A stretch of 64,000 nt of DNA. It comes from Squalus acanthias. Taxonomy: Eukaryota. Below, piece by piece: positions 34,303 through 48,130 of this stretch. The notes under the pieces were generated by a model that was not told where the DNA came from, searched no databases, and saw only the letters and a list, made by a program, of their open reading frames with translations. Position numbers and translations under genes: made by a program. The stretch is from positions 152,460,001 through 152,524,000 of the forward strand of contig CM059431.1 in NCBI GenBank assembly GCA_030390025.1, in the 5' to 3' direction. Position 1 is the stretch's first letter; every line of letters begins with the position of its first letter.

Positions 34303-35702
34303 ACTGTCTTCCTTAATCAGCACTGCCACCCACCTCCCTTTTTTCCTTCCCGATCTTTTCTGAACACCTTGTGCCCTTGAATATTAAGTGCCCAGTCCTC
34401 ACCGTTATTAAGCCACGTTTCCATTATTGCCACAACATCATACCGCCACACAGCTGATTGTGCTTGTAGCTCACCAACCTTATTCACCAAACTTTGTTGC
34501 TTTTACGTACATGCATCCTAAACACATTTTTGAATTTTTCGTAGTCTTTCTTAGTCTGCTCCTATCTAATATGTTACTACTACCGCCTCTAGTGCTGTTT
34601 TCTCTAGTACTATCCAACACACTCACTCTTTTATGCACCTTATTCCTCTTTTCTACTCCTATATGCTGGTGCCCATCGCCCTGCCAGGTTAATTTAAACC
34701 CTCCCCAACAGCACTAACTAACCTCCCGGCGAGATCCCTCTTTCTGCCTGTGTCGTTGGTAGCGATATGGACAACGACCTCTGGCTGTTCACCCTCCTAC
34801 TTCAGAGTGTCCTGCAGCTGCCCAGTGACATCCTTGACCCTGGCACCAGGGAGGCAACATACCATCCTGGAGTCACGGCTAAGGCCACAGAAACGCCTGT
34901 CTGCTCCCCTAATAATTGTATCCACTGCGACTATTGCTCTCCCTATTATTCCTGCCCCTCTGTGCAGCTGAGCCACCCGTGTTGCCGTGGACTTGACTCT
35001 GGCTGCACTCCCCAGAGGAACCATCGCCCTCACCAGTACTCAGAACAGAATACTGGTTGGACAGCGCGATGCACTCCGGAGAATCCAGCACTATCTGCCT
35101 GGTCCTCCTCTTCTGTCTGCCGGTCACCCATTCCCTCTCTGCCTACATACTCTTAAGCTGCGGGGTGACCACCTCTAGAAATATGCCATCCACTTAACTC
35201 TCAGCTTCGTGGATGTACCACAGTGACTCCAGCCGCCGCTCAAGCTCCAAAACCCGGAGCTCGAGTTGCTGTAGCTGGCGACACTTCATGCGCATGTGGT
35301 CATCCAGGCTACGCGAAGCATCCAGGGCTTCCCAAATGGCACATGATGTGAACTCCACGGGACTGAGCTCCACACATTGCCTCTATTGAATAGACTAAGA
35401 ACTAACCCAGCAGAACCCAGCAGAAATAAAATTAAAAATAACAAAAAACACTCCCCAGCTACTCACCAATCAGTTCTTCACCCTCAATTTAATAGGCTAT
35501 TAACAAACTTAGCAGAAATAAACTTATGTACTTAAAAATTTACACCTACCAGCTACTCACCAATCAGCTCTTTCCTTTTGCCGATGTCATTTTTTTAACT
35601 CTGACGTCACTTTTTCCAAAAACTGCCTCTGTTGAGTTGCTGCCGCTCTTTATAACTGCTCCGCTCTCGCTGTACTCGCTCCACGTCCTCTCCTTCCGGT
35701 CT

Positions 35703-37170
35703 CAATAGTCGGGGCGCATCGCCTTTTCCGTATCCAGTACGCTCAGCTGTTTCTTGATATCACGTGGCGTAAATCGAATTGGCTGAAGACTGGTTTCTGT
35801 GTTGGTGGGGAACTCAGGAGGAGGCCGATATGGATCATCCACTCTGTACTTCTGGCTGAAGATGGTTGCAAACGCTTCAGCCTTGTCTCTTGCACTCCCG
35901 TGCTGGGCTCCACCATCATTGAGGATGTGCATATTCATGGCGCCTCCCACTCCCGTTTGTTGGTTAATGCTCCACCACCATTCACGACTGATTGTGGCAG
36001 GACCGCAGTGCTTTGATCTGACCCGTTGATTGTAGGATTTCTTCGCCCTGTCTGTAGCATGCTGCTTCCACTTTTTAAAATGCACGTATTCCTGTGTTGC
36101 AGCTAGTGCTGCTCCTGGCATGCTCTTCTACACTCCTTATTGAACCAGGGTTGGTCCCCTGACTTGATGTAATGGTAGAGTGAGGGATATGCCGGGCCAT
36201 GAGTTTATAGATTGTGGTGGAATACAATTCTGCTGCTGCTGATGGCCAGTTTTGAGCTGCTAGATTTGTTCTGAATCTATCACATTTAGCATGGTGGTAG
36301 TGTCACACACAAAGATGGAGGCTGTCCTCAGTATGAAAGCGGGACTTCGTCTCCACAATGATTGTGTGGTTGTCACTGCTACAAAATCTGTCATGGACAG
36401 ATGCATCTGCAACAGTTAGATTAGTGAGTACGTTGTCAAGTAGGTTTTTCCTTCGTGTTAGTTCTGTCACCACCTGTCGCAGGCCCAGACTGGCAGTTAT
36501 GTACTTAAGGACTCGACCAGCTGGGTCATTAGTGGCGGACCCGCGCCACTCTTGGTGATGGACATTGAAGTCCTGCACCCAGAGTACATTCTGTGCCCTT
36601 GATACTCTCAGTGCTTCTTCCAAGTGGTGTTCATCATGGAATATGACTCTTTGAGTATGATTATGTCAGTCTGTTGCTTGACTAGTCTGTGGGACAGCTC
36701 TCCCAATTTTGGCACAAGTCCCCAGATGTTGGTGAGGAAGACTTTGCAGAGTCGACCGGGCTGGGTGTGCCGTTGTCGTGTCCGTAGCTGGTGCCGAGGT
36801 CGAAGCTGGGTGGTTCTTCCGGTTTTATTCTTCTTATTGTGTTTCGTAGTGGTTTTTTTTATAACTGAGTGGCTTGCTGGGCCATTTCAGAGGGCAGTAT
36901 AGAGTCAACCACATTACTGTGTGTCTGGACTCACATATTGACCGGACCAGGTAAGGACGGCATGTATCCTTCCCGAAAGGATATTCGTGAACCAGATGGG
37001 GTTTTACGACAATCCGATGGTTACCATTACAGAAAGCTGCTTTTTTTTCCAGATGTATTTAATTAACTGAATTTCAATTCCCCAGCAGCCGTGGTGGGAT
37101 TTGAACTCACATCACTGGATCATTGGTCCTGGCCACTGGATTACTAGCCCAGTAAAATTACCACTATGTT
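35703..37170 (-). mobile_element. 5' part of a LINE (AP-endonuclease remnant) with tRNA-like head
   Basis: VQDFNVHHQEW, LLDNVLTN, SSDN and KAEAFATIFSQK remnants; A-box/B-box-like head at ~37090-37170. Confidence 0.65.
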
Positions 37171-37940
37171 AAAAGTTATCCTACTATAACATTATTGGGC
37201 TATTCCCTACTTTAACATTTCTAGTGTTGACCGTACTCTACCTTTACTGCTCGTGTTGATCCTACTCTAACCTTACTGGTGTTGACCCTACTCTATTATC
37301 ACCGGCGGTGATTCGACTCTGACCTTACTGATGGTGACTCTACTCCAACGTTACTGTTCGTGACCTGACTCTAACATTATTGATCATGACTCAGTTCTAA
37401 CACTACTGGTGTTGTAGCCTAATCTAACGTTACTGGTAGTCACCCTGCAGCAACATTAATGTTTGGAACTTCACGATAACAAGTTCTGTTCAATACTCGG
37501 ACCTAATAATATCAGAGGTGACCCTGCTATAAAATTACTGTTGATAACTCTACTCTAACAATACAGCTGGTGACCTTACTCTGACATCACCGGTGGTGAA
37601 CTTACTCTAACATGACTGATCTTTATTCCTACTCTAGCATTATTGTTGCTGACTCTAATCTAACACTGCTCTTGCTTACACTACCCTAACATTAACGGTG
37701 TTGATTGTATTCTAACATCAATGGTGGTGACCTATTTTACCATCAGCGGTGGAGATGCAACTCTAAAATTATTGTTTGTGAGCCCCATCTAACAAGACAT
37801 GTGGTGACTCGACTCTAACATTAACGGTGTTGAACCTACTCGAACATTACTGTTGATGACCCTACTCTATGATTATTGATGATGACTCCACACTAACAAT
37901 AATGGCGAGGACAAGTCTCTGACAATTCTGCTGTTGAACT
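37170..37940 (+). repeat. Degenerate 26-bp minisatellite array
   Basis: Same CTCTAACATTACTGGTGGTGAC unit, more diverged. Confidence 0.85.
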
Positions 37941-37944
37941 CTCC

Positions 37945-39400
37945 AAGGTACGGCAGCAAAATGGTTATGTTGCTTGACTGGTAATCCAGAGGGCGGGACT
38001 AATAGTACGAAGATGTGAGTTGCAAACCCGAGACTTCCCATGGCAATCTGCGAATTTCAATGCAGTCAGTTGAATAAATCTCTAATAAAATGAAAGTATC
38101 ACGCATGATGTACATGCAGCTATCAATTATTGTAGAAAGGCAAGTTGTTCACTAATGGTTAGTAGGGAAGAAACCTGCCATCCTTAGCCTGTAAGACCTA
38201 TATGTGACTCTGAATTATCTTCTGAAATGGCCGAAGAATTCACTCATTTGTATCAACGCGCTCTAAATGAGTACAATAGAATGAGAAGTCGCACAACACC
38301 AGGTTATAGTCCAACAGATTTATTTAAAATTAGAAGCTTTCGGAGCTATCGCCCCTTCTTCAGGTAAAGTTGCATTGAGTGAATCTACAAAAGTACACAG
38401 AAAATGCAGAGATACAATCTTTCCTTACATCAAAGACACACGAAGAGCACAGCCAAGAAAATGAGATGTGTCCCAGGGGGTCCAACGTGTCAAATCTTGC
38501 TGTCTGCAGTAGATCTCTCTCCATATCCCTTCCTCTCTCTCCGTCTTTTGTATCTCTGCATTTTCTGTGTTTATATTCTGTGAACTTTTGTAGATTCACT
38601 CATTGTAACTTTACCTGAAGAAGGGGCGATAGCTCCGAAAGCTTGTAATTTTAAATAAATCTGTTGGACTATAACCTGGTGTTGTGCGACATCTCATTTT
38701 TGTCCACCCCAGTCCAACGCCAGCATCTCCGCATTATAATAAGAATAACATTGGATGGATAGGGTTCGGACACGACAAAGGCACAAACCACCCATTCGAC
38801 CCTGCAAAGTCCTCATCACTAACATCTGGGGACTTGTGCTAAAATTAGCTGAGCTGTCCAACAGCAGCCTTACACAGTCATACTGACAGAATCATATCTT
38901 TCAGCCAATGTCCCAGTCTCTTCCATCTCCAACCCTGGATCTATCCTGTCCCACCAGCAGGACAGACCCACCAGATGTGGCGGTACTCCAGTTTATAGTC
39001 GGGTCGGAATGGCCCTGAGAGTCCTCAACATTTATTTTGAACTCCATGATGTCTCGGGGCAGCAGGTCAAACATGGGCAAGGAAAGCTCCGACTGATTAA
39101 CAACCGCCCTCCCTAAGCTGATGAGTCAGTCCGCCTCCTTGGATGAAACACTGCGGTTAGCGAGGCCGCAGAATGTACTCTGGGTCGTGGACTTCAATGT
39201 CCATCACCAGGACCGGCTCGTTAGCACCACTAAAGTACCTAACTGCCAGATTGGGCGTGCGGGAGTGGGTGAGTGAACGCACACGGGGGAAAACCCAGTT
39301 GACTTCCTCCTGATGCATCTGTGCTTGAAAGAATGTGTAGGAGTGATCACGCACAATCCTTGTGGAGACTAGACCCGTCCTCACACCGAGGGCACCCTAT
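37945..39400 (+). mobile_element. Second, more decayed copy of the tRNA-headed LINE 5' region
   Basis: Homologous to the reverse complement of 36300-37170 (CTAACATCTGGGGACTTGTG, GACTTCAATGTCCATCACCA). Confidence 0.65.
38282..38735. mobile_element. Palindromic Penelope-like remnant with hammerhead motif (38611-38648, +)
   Basis: ~130-bp inverted arms related to 6922-7151; TTAC-CTGAAGA-A-GGGGC(GATA)GCTCC-GAAA-G-CTT-GTAA. Confidence 0.7.
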
Positions 39401-39409
39401 CCCCAGTAA

Positions 39410-41215
39410 TGATAGAATAGAGTCAACACCAGGAATGTTAATGTAGTGTCACTAACAGAAAAGTTAGAAAAGAGCCACCAACAGTAACGTTAGAGTACAG
39501 TCACCACCAGCAACGTTGGAGTAGAGTCGCCTGCAGTAATGTTAGAGTAGAGTGACAACCAATAATTTTAGACGAGGATCACTACCAGTTATGTTCCAGT
39601 ACAGTCGCCTCCAGTAATGTTAGAGTAGGGTCATCACCAGTACTGTTAGATTAGAGTCACCACCAGTAATGTTAGAGTAGGTTCATCACCAGTATTGTTA
39701 GATTAGAGTCACCACCAGTAATGTTAGAGTAGGGTCATCACCAGTCTTGTTAGAGTGGAGTCAGCATCAGCAACGTTTGAGTAGGGTCAACAGCAGTAAG
39801 CTTAGAGTAGGGACTTCACCAGTAATGTTAGACAAGTGTCATGACCAGTTATATTAATGTTGATTCAGCACCAGTAATGTTAGAATAGGGTCTACAACAG
39901 TTTTGTTATACTTGGATCACCACTATTAATATTAGTGTAGATTCAGCACCAGCATTAATAAAGTAGAGTCACAATCAGCAATGATCGAGTAGGGTCAACA
40001 TCAGCAATGTTAGAGTAGGGTCACCATCAGCAATGTTAGAGTAGGATCACCATCAGTAATATTAGTGTAGGGTCACCACCAGTAATGTTAGAGTGCAGTC
40101 ACCACCAGTAACGTTAGAGTAGGATCACCATCAGTAATGTTAGAGTAGGGTCACCACCAGTAATGTTAGAGTAGGGTCACCACCAGTAAGGTTAGATTAG
40201 ATTCCGCAGCGGTAATGTTAGAATAGGTTCACCACCAGTAATGTTAGAGCAGATTAAACTCCAGTCTCTTCTTCTTCTTAGGCAGTCCCTCGGAACCGAG
40301 GATGACTTGCTTCCACGCTAAAAATGAGTCTCAGATGACTGATATGTCCAATGCGGGACCTACAGTCTCTGTCACAGGTGGGGCAGACGGTGGTTGAACG
40401 GGCGGGTGGGTGGGGTCCTTGGGTTGACGTGCGTTCCTTGAGTTACTTGCGCTTGGCTTCCGCTTGCTTCCGGCGAAGAGACTAGAGGTATTCGTCGCCT
40501 TCCCGGATGCTTCTTCTCCAGTAACGTTAACTCCAGTAACTTTAGACTAGCAAACAGTAATGTTAGAGTGCGGTCACAACCAATAATGTTTGAGTATTGT
40601 CACAGTCAGTAATGTTGGACTTGTGTCAACACCAGCAATGTTATTGTACAGTCACCGCAATTAACGTTAGAATAGGGTCAACACCACACATATTAGAGTA
40701 GAGTCAATACCAGCAATGTTACAGTAGCGTCGCCACCCTCAATGTTAGAGTAGAGTCACCACTAGTAATGTTAGATTGGAATCATCCCAGTACTGTTAAT
40801 TTAGGGTCACCACCAGTAATGTTAGTGTAGGTTCAATACCAGCAATGTTAGAGTAGATTTAACCCCAGTAATGGTTTAGTGCGCTCACCACCAGTAATGT
40901 TACGAGTGCTGTCACAAGCTGTAAGGCAAGAGTAGAGTCACCACCAGTAATGTTAAAGTTGGATCACTACCAGCAATGTTAGAGGAGGATCATCACCAGT
41001 AATGTTAGTTCAGGGTCTCCATCAGTAATCTTATGTTGAGTCATGACCAGTAATGTTAGTGTAGGTTCACCACCAGTAATATTAGAGTAGGGACATCACC
41101 ATTAATGTCAGATGATGGCCACCACCAGTAATATTAGTTTTGGATTACCAGTAGTAATATTAGAGAAGGGTGACGACCAGTAATGTCAGGGCAGAGATAT
41201 CAACAGTAACGTTAA
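39410..41215 (-). repeat. 26-bp minisatellite array, inverted orientation
   Basis: TAGGGTCACCACCAGTAATGTTAGAG units, the reverse complement of the 7940-13420 array. Confidence 0.92.
40266..40515 (-). mobile_element. Short RTE LINE 3' fragment
   Basis: Reverse complement of 10630-10880; flanked by CTCCAGT direct repeats. Confidence 0.8.
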
Positions 41216-41603
41216 AGCATTACTTATGTAATGGATGAGAGAAGATTTCACCAAATTATGTGAGGCCCTAAGAAGCTAACACAGGAACTTGGAGAGATGT
41301 TCCCTTCAGGGATCACATGACGGGCGCAGAGCACATTCCATCGGGGATTAACTCCCTTTCTTTGATTTAAATGGACGGAGTTTCATGGACTGAGCTGTTC
41401 AATTTCCCCATTGGTGGACCGGACGCACTGTAGCGGAAAATAGCCCCTTGTTTGTTAAGTGGCTGTAACTAAGTTCAATTATTGTGTAACCTGGTTTTCT
41501 CACCGGGGAATGGATTGTTCTATAAAGAGGGAGCATTTACTGATCTCGGATACAATCCAGTCGGAACTGTAAAACAGGACAGTATTCACACAGTCTTCTA
41601 AAA

Positions 41604-43661
41604 ATGGCACGGCCAATAATTCTACAGATAAAGGACATATACTATAATTTTCTCGCAACTTTGGTATTCTCGGTAAGTCAATGCATCCTGTTGTTTAATA
41701 GTTGTTGACGATCTCACTGTTAATGATTATGTAACAGATTCCGTGAAGATCATTTATCTACCGGGATAATTTGGTGAATATCAGCGGGAATCCGACCAGT
41801 CCGCGCGGCCGGTTAGGCTCTATTCTGTCGGGCAGATCTTGGCCACGGGGCACTCACATTTCCTCTCTACACTGAGGGAGGGCGAGGCTGATTCCCCGGC
41901 TCCTCCAACAGTGCATAGTCCATTAAAGAATGTGTTGCATAGTGTCCATAGTATTTATTTCATTTGTCCCGTGTTTCCCAGTCTATTTTAAGTTGATAAT
42001 TGCTCGGACTGCAGCTACCTCCACCTAACAATTTTTTATTGAATCCAGATATTTCCAGTAATTGCTGCGAAATTATATTTAACCACTGCCTGAAGTATGG
42101 TGGAAGGGAGTCGGAATTTGAGTCCCTCTATATTGAATATTCAATGTTTCATTCCTTTTAAATCAATTTTTTAAGATATATATAAATGACCTGGATATTG
42201 GAATACAGGGTAGAATTTCTAAATTTGCCGATGACACCAAACTTGGGGTTGTGGCAAACAGTAGCTGCAACAGGACATAGAAAGGCTCGCAGAATGGGCA
42301 GACACGTGGCAGATGGAATTTAATACAAAGAAGTGTGAGGTGATGCATTTTGGCAGAAGGAAAAGGGAGAGGCAATATACACTCAGTGGCACAATTTTAA
42401 AGAGTGTGCAGGGACACAGGGACCTGGGATTTAATTTCATAGGACCCTGATTGTGGCGGGGCATATTGAGAGAGTGGTTAAAAAAGCATATGGGATCTTG
42501 GGCTTCATAAATAGCGGTATTGAGTTCAAAGCAGAGAAGTGCTGCTGAACATTTATAAAGCAGTGGTTGGACCACAACTGGAGTATTGCGTCCAGTTCTG
42601 GTCACCACACTTTAGGAAGGATGTGAAGGCCTTAGAGAGGGTGCAGAGGAGATTTACCAGAATGTAGGGACACAGCTGAGCATTCCCCCACAATAAGCTG
42701 TGAGGTTTAACAGGATATCCCTTTTACTAAACTCTTCTCCATCTTCCTTACAGCGAACCTACTGACAATCCTGATTCTCTCCAGAGGAAATTGCGGCCTT
42801 TCCAAATGTATATCGGTCTACATGGTGTCCATGTCGACAGCAGATCTATTGGTCATCATCTTCCATTTACTGGTGTTTCAGATTTTCTGTTACCACTTTC
42901 CGCATTCATTCCTGGCCTACACTACCGTGTGTAAATCCATTAATTACATCAATACCGTCACCCTGGACATGTCCGTGTGGTTTACAGCCTTGTTCACTTT
43001 TGACCGATTTGTAACAATATGTTGTCAGAAGTTTAAAACGAAGTATTGCACAGTGAGAACTGCGGCCGCTGTTTTAACAACTGTCCTTGTGCTGGTCTGT
43101 ATAGAGTATATCCGCTTTGCTTTCTCCTATGAATCTCAACGAATCATTAACAATGTTTCCTGGGGATGCCGCGCCAATGTAGCCTTTTATTCATCGCCTG
43201 CAGGCATAGCCTATTTGCGCATTCAAATTATTTTAGTTCCATGGTTTGCTGTTGCTTTGATATTACTGTTTAATTGTTTGACAGTCAGACGAATTGTAGT
43301 GAGCAGTCGGGCCCGCAGGCGACTCCGGGGTCACTGCAGTGAGAATCAGAGCGATCCAGAGATGGAGAGCCGGAGGAAATCCATCATTTTACTGTTCACT
43401 GTATCGGGCAGTTTTATACTGTTGTGGTTGACATCTGTCGTTAGTAACTTGAAGAACAGCCTGGCCGTTTATTACAAAGGTGAATATGAAACCCCTGCAT
43501 ACATCCTGTCTGAAAGCGGATTTATGCTCATGTATTTGAGTTCCTGTACAAACACCTGCATTTATGCAGCGACACAAAACAAATTCAGGCAAGAGTTGGT
43601 GAAGATGGTGAAATCTCCTTGGACATTGATTCTGATATTGGTTAATAAAATGAAGAATTAA
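41604..43661 (+). pseudogene. GPR139-like class A GPCR, copy B (exons 41604-41672 and 42754-43661); exon 2 fully open, 1-bp deletion in exon 1
   Basis: Exon 1 is 69 nt versus 70 nt in copy A, so splicing GTAAG to TTACAG|CG shifts the frame. Exon 2 (279 aa from internal Met) retains TM2-TM7 motifs (DRF, PW, SSCTNTCIY). Confidence 0.75.
42165..42665 (+). mobile_element. CR1 RT fragment in the intron of GPCR copy B
   Basis: FADDTKLG, LAEWADTWQMEFN and LEYCVQFWSP remnants; absent from the copy A intron. Confidence 0.8.
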
Positions 43662-44699
43662 ACCATAGCTTCCTGTCCTAACTGGAGCTCAATTACAGAC
43701 CGTGTTCCGTTTTAGAATGGCAATCTTTCCCTTGGGACAAAAGCCGATTGTTCTTGTGAATATTAACAGGTATCAGGAAATATTTCTCCCACTTTGTGCC
43801 ATGTATTTGATGGCTGCTGCTTTCCCCGGGTGAACATAATCGATTCCCGCTAAAACAGCGCCCTTCCCGCTCAAGATTCAAGGGAACAGTCATGACTGAG
43901 CTTCAGCAGTGGAGTAGAACATGTGTGCGGTCAGCGTTAACTACCTCAGACAGCAGCTACTGGAGTGAGACGCTCAGTTTAATTAACAGATAGATATTCC
44001 TTTAGTGTAGTAACAATGTGTTGCAATGGTGTTTATTTGTAATTCTGTAATCTTGGTGTGAATGTTGCAGGCGCTGGACTCCCCATCAAACTCCGCCCCC
44101 CATTGTCACCTGGACCAATAGAACGGGGCCCTGTCTACTGATCATTGTCTAATGATGGAGACAGTAGGAACTTGACCCGTCAATATGACATTAGACATCT
44201 TTGTTCACAGATATTCACTGAACATCTCAAATAGTTATCAGTTTGTTGGAATGTTATGAGAGGGGAAAAGACTGTTTAACCCAATAGTCCTTCTCAGCAT
44301 TTACCCTCCAGACGATCAAATAGTTCCAATCACTTTATCTGCCCGGTCTCAACATCAATTCAACCTATTTTTGTTCATACAATATAGTCTCCAATATTGA
44401 CATAATTTCTGCCTCTGTTAATTCCACAGCTTCACCACTCTCTATGTAAAGAGGAGTCTCTGACCACCCGTTCTGAATCTCTTCAATCCATTCCTTAATC
44501 TATAGCCGTTAGTTCCAGATCCCTCAAATAATGGCAGCAGTCTGCTTCTTACTATTCTGTCCCGTACCTTCTTAACCTAAATCACCTGGGCACAACTCGC
44601 CAAAAAAACTCATCCTGGTATCAATTCACAATCTAGTACAAGTCAGGTAAGTGCAGTTAAGATAGTTAATTGATTAATATTTCTTGGAGATGGACGCGG

Positions 44700-47600
44700 T
44701 TTACATAGGATATACAGTACAGAAACAGGCCATTCGGCCCAACCAGTCCATGTCGGCGTTTAAGCTCCACTCGAGCCTCCTTTCATCTTTCCTCATCTAA
44801 CTCTATCAGCACAATCCTATATTCCCTTCTCCCTCCTATTCTTATCTAGCCTCCCTTCAAATGTGTCTATACTGTTTGCTGGAACCACTCCCTGTGGTAG
44901 CGAGGTTCACATCCTCACATTCTATTGGTAAGAACTTTCTTATGAATTCCGTTATTGATTTGTTTGTGACTCTCTTACATTGATGGCCTTAAGTTTTGCT
45001 CTTCCCCACAAGTTGAAACATTCTTTCTCTGTCTACTCTATCAAAACCGTTTCATATTTTAAAGAACTCTATTAGGTCACCCCTCAGCCTTCTCTTTTCA
45101 ATAGAAAAGAGACCCAGCCTGTTCATACGTTCCTGATAGGTATATCCTCGCAGTTCTTGTATCATCCTTGTAAATATTTTTTGCACCCTCTCCAGTGCCT
45201 CTATATCTTTTTTATAATATGGCGACCAGAACTATTCGCAGTTCTCCAAGGGTGGTATTAATAAGGTTCGATACAAGTTTCGCATAATTCACAAATTTTC
45301 ATTTCTATCCCTCTTGAAATAAACCCGAGTGCTTGGTTTGCTTTTTTATGTGTCGCTTGCATGTATAAACCTGCGTCGCTAGTTTTAGTGACTTGTGTAT
45401 TTGTAATCCAATATCGCTTTGCTTTTCTGTCCCATTTAGATTCTTATTTTCCAAATAATATGTGACTTCCTTATTTTTCTTAACAAAATGTAATACCTCC
45501 CATTTATCTGTGTTGATATGCATTTAGCCATTCTGTAAGTTTATTAATGTCTTCTTGTAATTTGTTGCAGCCCTCCTCAATATTGACTATCACCGCCGCA
45601 CCCTTCCCCCAATTTGGTGACATCCGTCAATTTAGAAATAGTGTTTTTGAGTCAAAGTCTAAACTGTTAACATAAATTGTGAACAAACATGGCCCCAGCA
45701 CTGATCAATATGGGACCCCACTTTTCATATCCTGCAAGTTCTGTATAGGTAACCTTTACCCCTACTCGCTGCTTTCTGTCTTGAAGCCAGCTAGCTATCC
45801 ATTCTGCTACTTGTCACCTCACTCCGCAATCTCTGATCTTTTTCATTAGTCTGTTATTCAGTACTTTATCAAAGGCTTTTTTGAAATCTCGATAAATTAC
45901 GTTTACTACTTTACCCTTGTCAACGCTCTCTGTTTCCTCTTCAAAGAATTAAATGATTGTGGTCAAGCAAGACTTTCTCCTTTGAAATGCATGCTGACTA
46001 TTCATTATTATATTTTTGGCTTATAGATGTTCTTCTATTTTTTCCTTTAGTAGGGATTCCATTATTTTTCCTACCACCGATGTTAAGCTGACTGGTGTAT
46101 TGTCCCATGGACATGTTCCAACTCCTTTCTTATATATAGCTATAACGTTAGCTATCCGCCAGTCCTTTTGCACAATACCTTTTTCAAACGAATTATTAAA
46201 TATGTGTAATAGTACCTCTTCTATCGCTTCCCTAGATTCCATTAAAATGCGCGGATGTAATTCGTCTGGAGCAGGGCATTTATTCTGTTTGAGTTTGATT
46301 CGTTTATTTAATAGTTCTCCTTTTTAATTTTAAATGCGGTTATATCATTTCTAATCTCATTTTCAGATGTCACATCTACCTGACCGTCTCCCTGGTAAAT
46401 ACTGAAGTAGAGTAATTATATAATATTTCTGTCATTTCGCTATTGCTACCTGTGAATGTATCCAGAACTTTCCTTAATTGCCCTATTCCCATCCCGACTT
46501 TCCTTTTTTATTTATGCGCCTGTAGAATATTTTATTACATTGTTTTATGTTCCTTGCTAATTTAATCGCATAGTTCCCCTTTGCCTTCCTATTATTTTTT
46601 TGACTTCTCTCCTATTCGCTTCATATTCTCCCTTGCCATGCTTTCCCCTGTTGTCCATTTTCTTAGTGTATGCCTCTTTCCTTATTCTCAATTTTTCCCC
46701 TATGTCTTTATTCATCCATGGCGTCTCATTGGTGTTTAACTTGTACTTCATTTTTAGTGGAATATATTTTCCTGGATCCTGCTGAATAAATATTTCCCAT
46801 TGTTGTTCTACATCTTTGCTTGCCAATATTGTTGTACATTTTATTGTCCCAAGTTCTATTCTCAAAATCGCATTTTCTCCAATATATTGCCCTGTTCGTC
46901 GTCATACCTATGTCCTTCTCAAATATTACCTGAAAGCATATTATATTATGGTCACTATTACCTAGATGCTGCCCCACTTTTACTTCTCTTATCTGCTCTG
47001 GTTCATTCCGAATTACTCGATCCAGTAGCTAATACTCCCTTTTCGGCTTCTTACCTATTGGGTTCGGATGGAATCCTTTGCACATAGTAGGAACTCTATT
47101 TTCTTATTCCCTTTACCTACCTCTTCTGCCCAATTAATTTCGGGGCAGTTTAAACTCCCCATGATGTTTTTTTTTAAACTAATTTCTCTCATTTGTTTCC
47201 ATATTTCTTCCTTCATCTCCACCATTAGTGGTCTGTAGACTACCTCTAGGAGTGTGATAGATCCTTTATTATCTTTAATCTCTATGCACTTGGATTCTAT
47301 TTCGTTCTTACTGATAGCTGCGTTATTTTTCCTACTGCCATTATGTTATCTATAATAAGCACAGCTACTCCATCTCTCTTTTCCCCTCTCTAACTTTTCT
47401 AAATAAGTTATACCCTGCAATGTTTAATTCCCAGTCCTTATTTTTCTGTAGCCATGTCTTAGTATTCCCCACAATATATGGTTGCTCGCAACATATTAGT
47501 GCCTCCAGTTCGCCTGTTTTATTACGGACAGAATGTGCATCGCTGTACAGAGAGTTTAACTCATGCTTAATAGCAGTTCTTGTCACTTTATTTTTAACCA

Positions 47601-48130
47601 TATTTTTACTCTCTAGTTCTATAACTCTATTTAATACCTAGAGTCTATGTCCTCTCTTAGTTTATTCCTTCCTATGCTCTCCGTTCCTGTTTCGTTTATA
47701 TTTTGCCTGGTTTCATTTATTTTAGATCCCTTGTTACGAATGCTTCGTGCATTCAGATAAACAGCCTTTAATTTTAACTTTTTACCATTATCCCCTGCTT
47801 TCTCCTTATTCGCTGTTGCACTATTACCTTTACGCTGTCTGTCCTTTCCTGTCACACTCTGCTTATCTTTACCCAAATCGATACACTGCTCAATCGCCTT
47901 GACGTTTAGTTTAAAGCCCCATCAACAGTCCGTGTTATTCGATTCACCAGTATACAGGTCCTAGTCCGGGTAAGTGGAGCCCCTGCCAATGGAACAGCTC
48001 ACTCTTTCTCGAAAACTGGTGCCAGTGCCCATGAATCGAAAACTCTTCCTCCCAAACCACTCATTAAGCAAAACATTGAACTCTCAGTTCTGCTTATCCC
48101 TATGGGAATTTACACGTGGCTGAGGTTACC
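44700..48130 (-). mobile_element. Degenerate CR1 LINE, paralog of 1180-4640
   Basis: Reverse-complement match to the CR1 at the window start, including its unusual duplicated ORF2 start. Confidence 0.85.

Larger units (their letters stand above)
31660..35700 (-). mobile_element. Degenerate CR1 LINE(s) (ORF1 remnant ~34720-35350, ORF2 EN/RT remnant) with nested insertions
   Basis: NYRPVSLTSVVGK, DKSPAPDGLHPR, FNYPNINW, MVCCLPGARVKDV (ORF1 esterase). Confidence 0.8.

Noticed and set aside
40266..40515. RTE fragment as an orthologous part of the inverted duplication
   Set aside because: It has its own flanking direct repeat and a different truncation point from 9817-10880, so independent insertion is at least as likely
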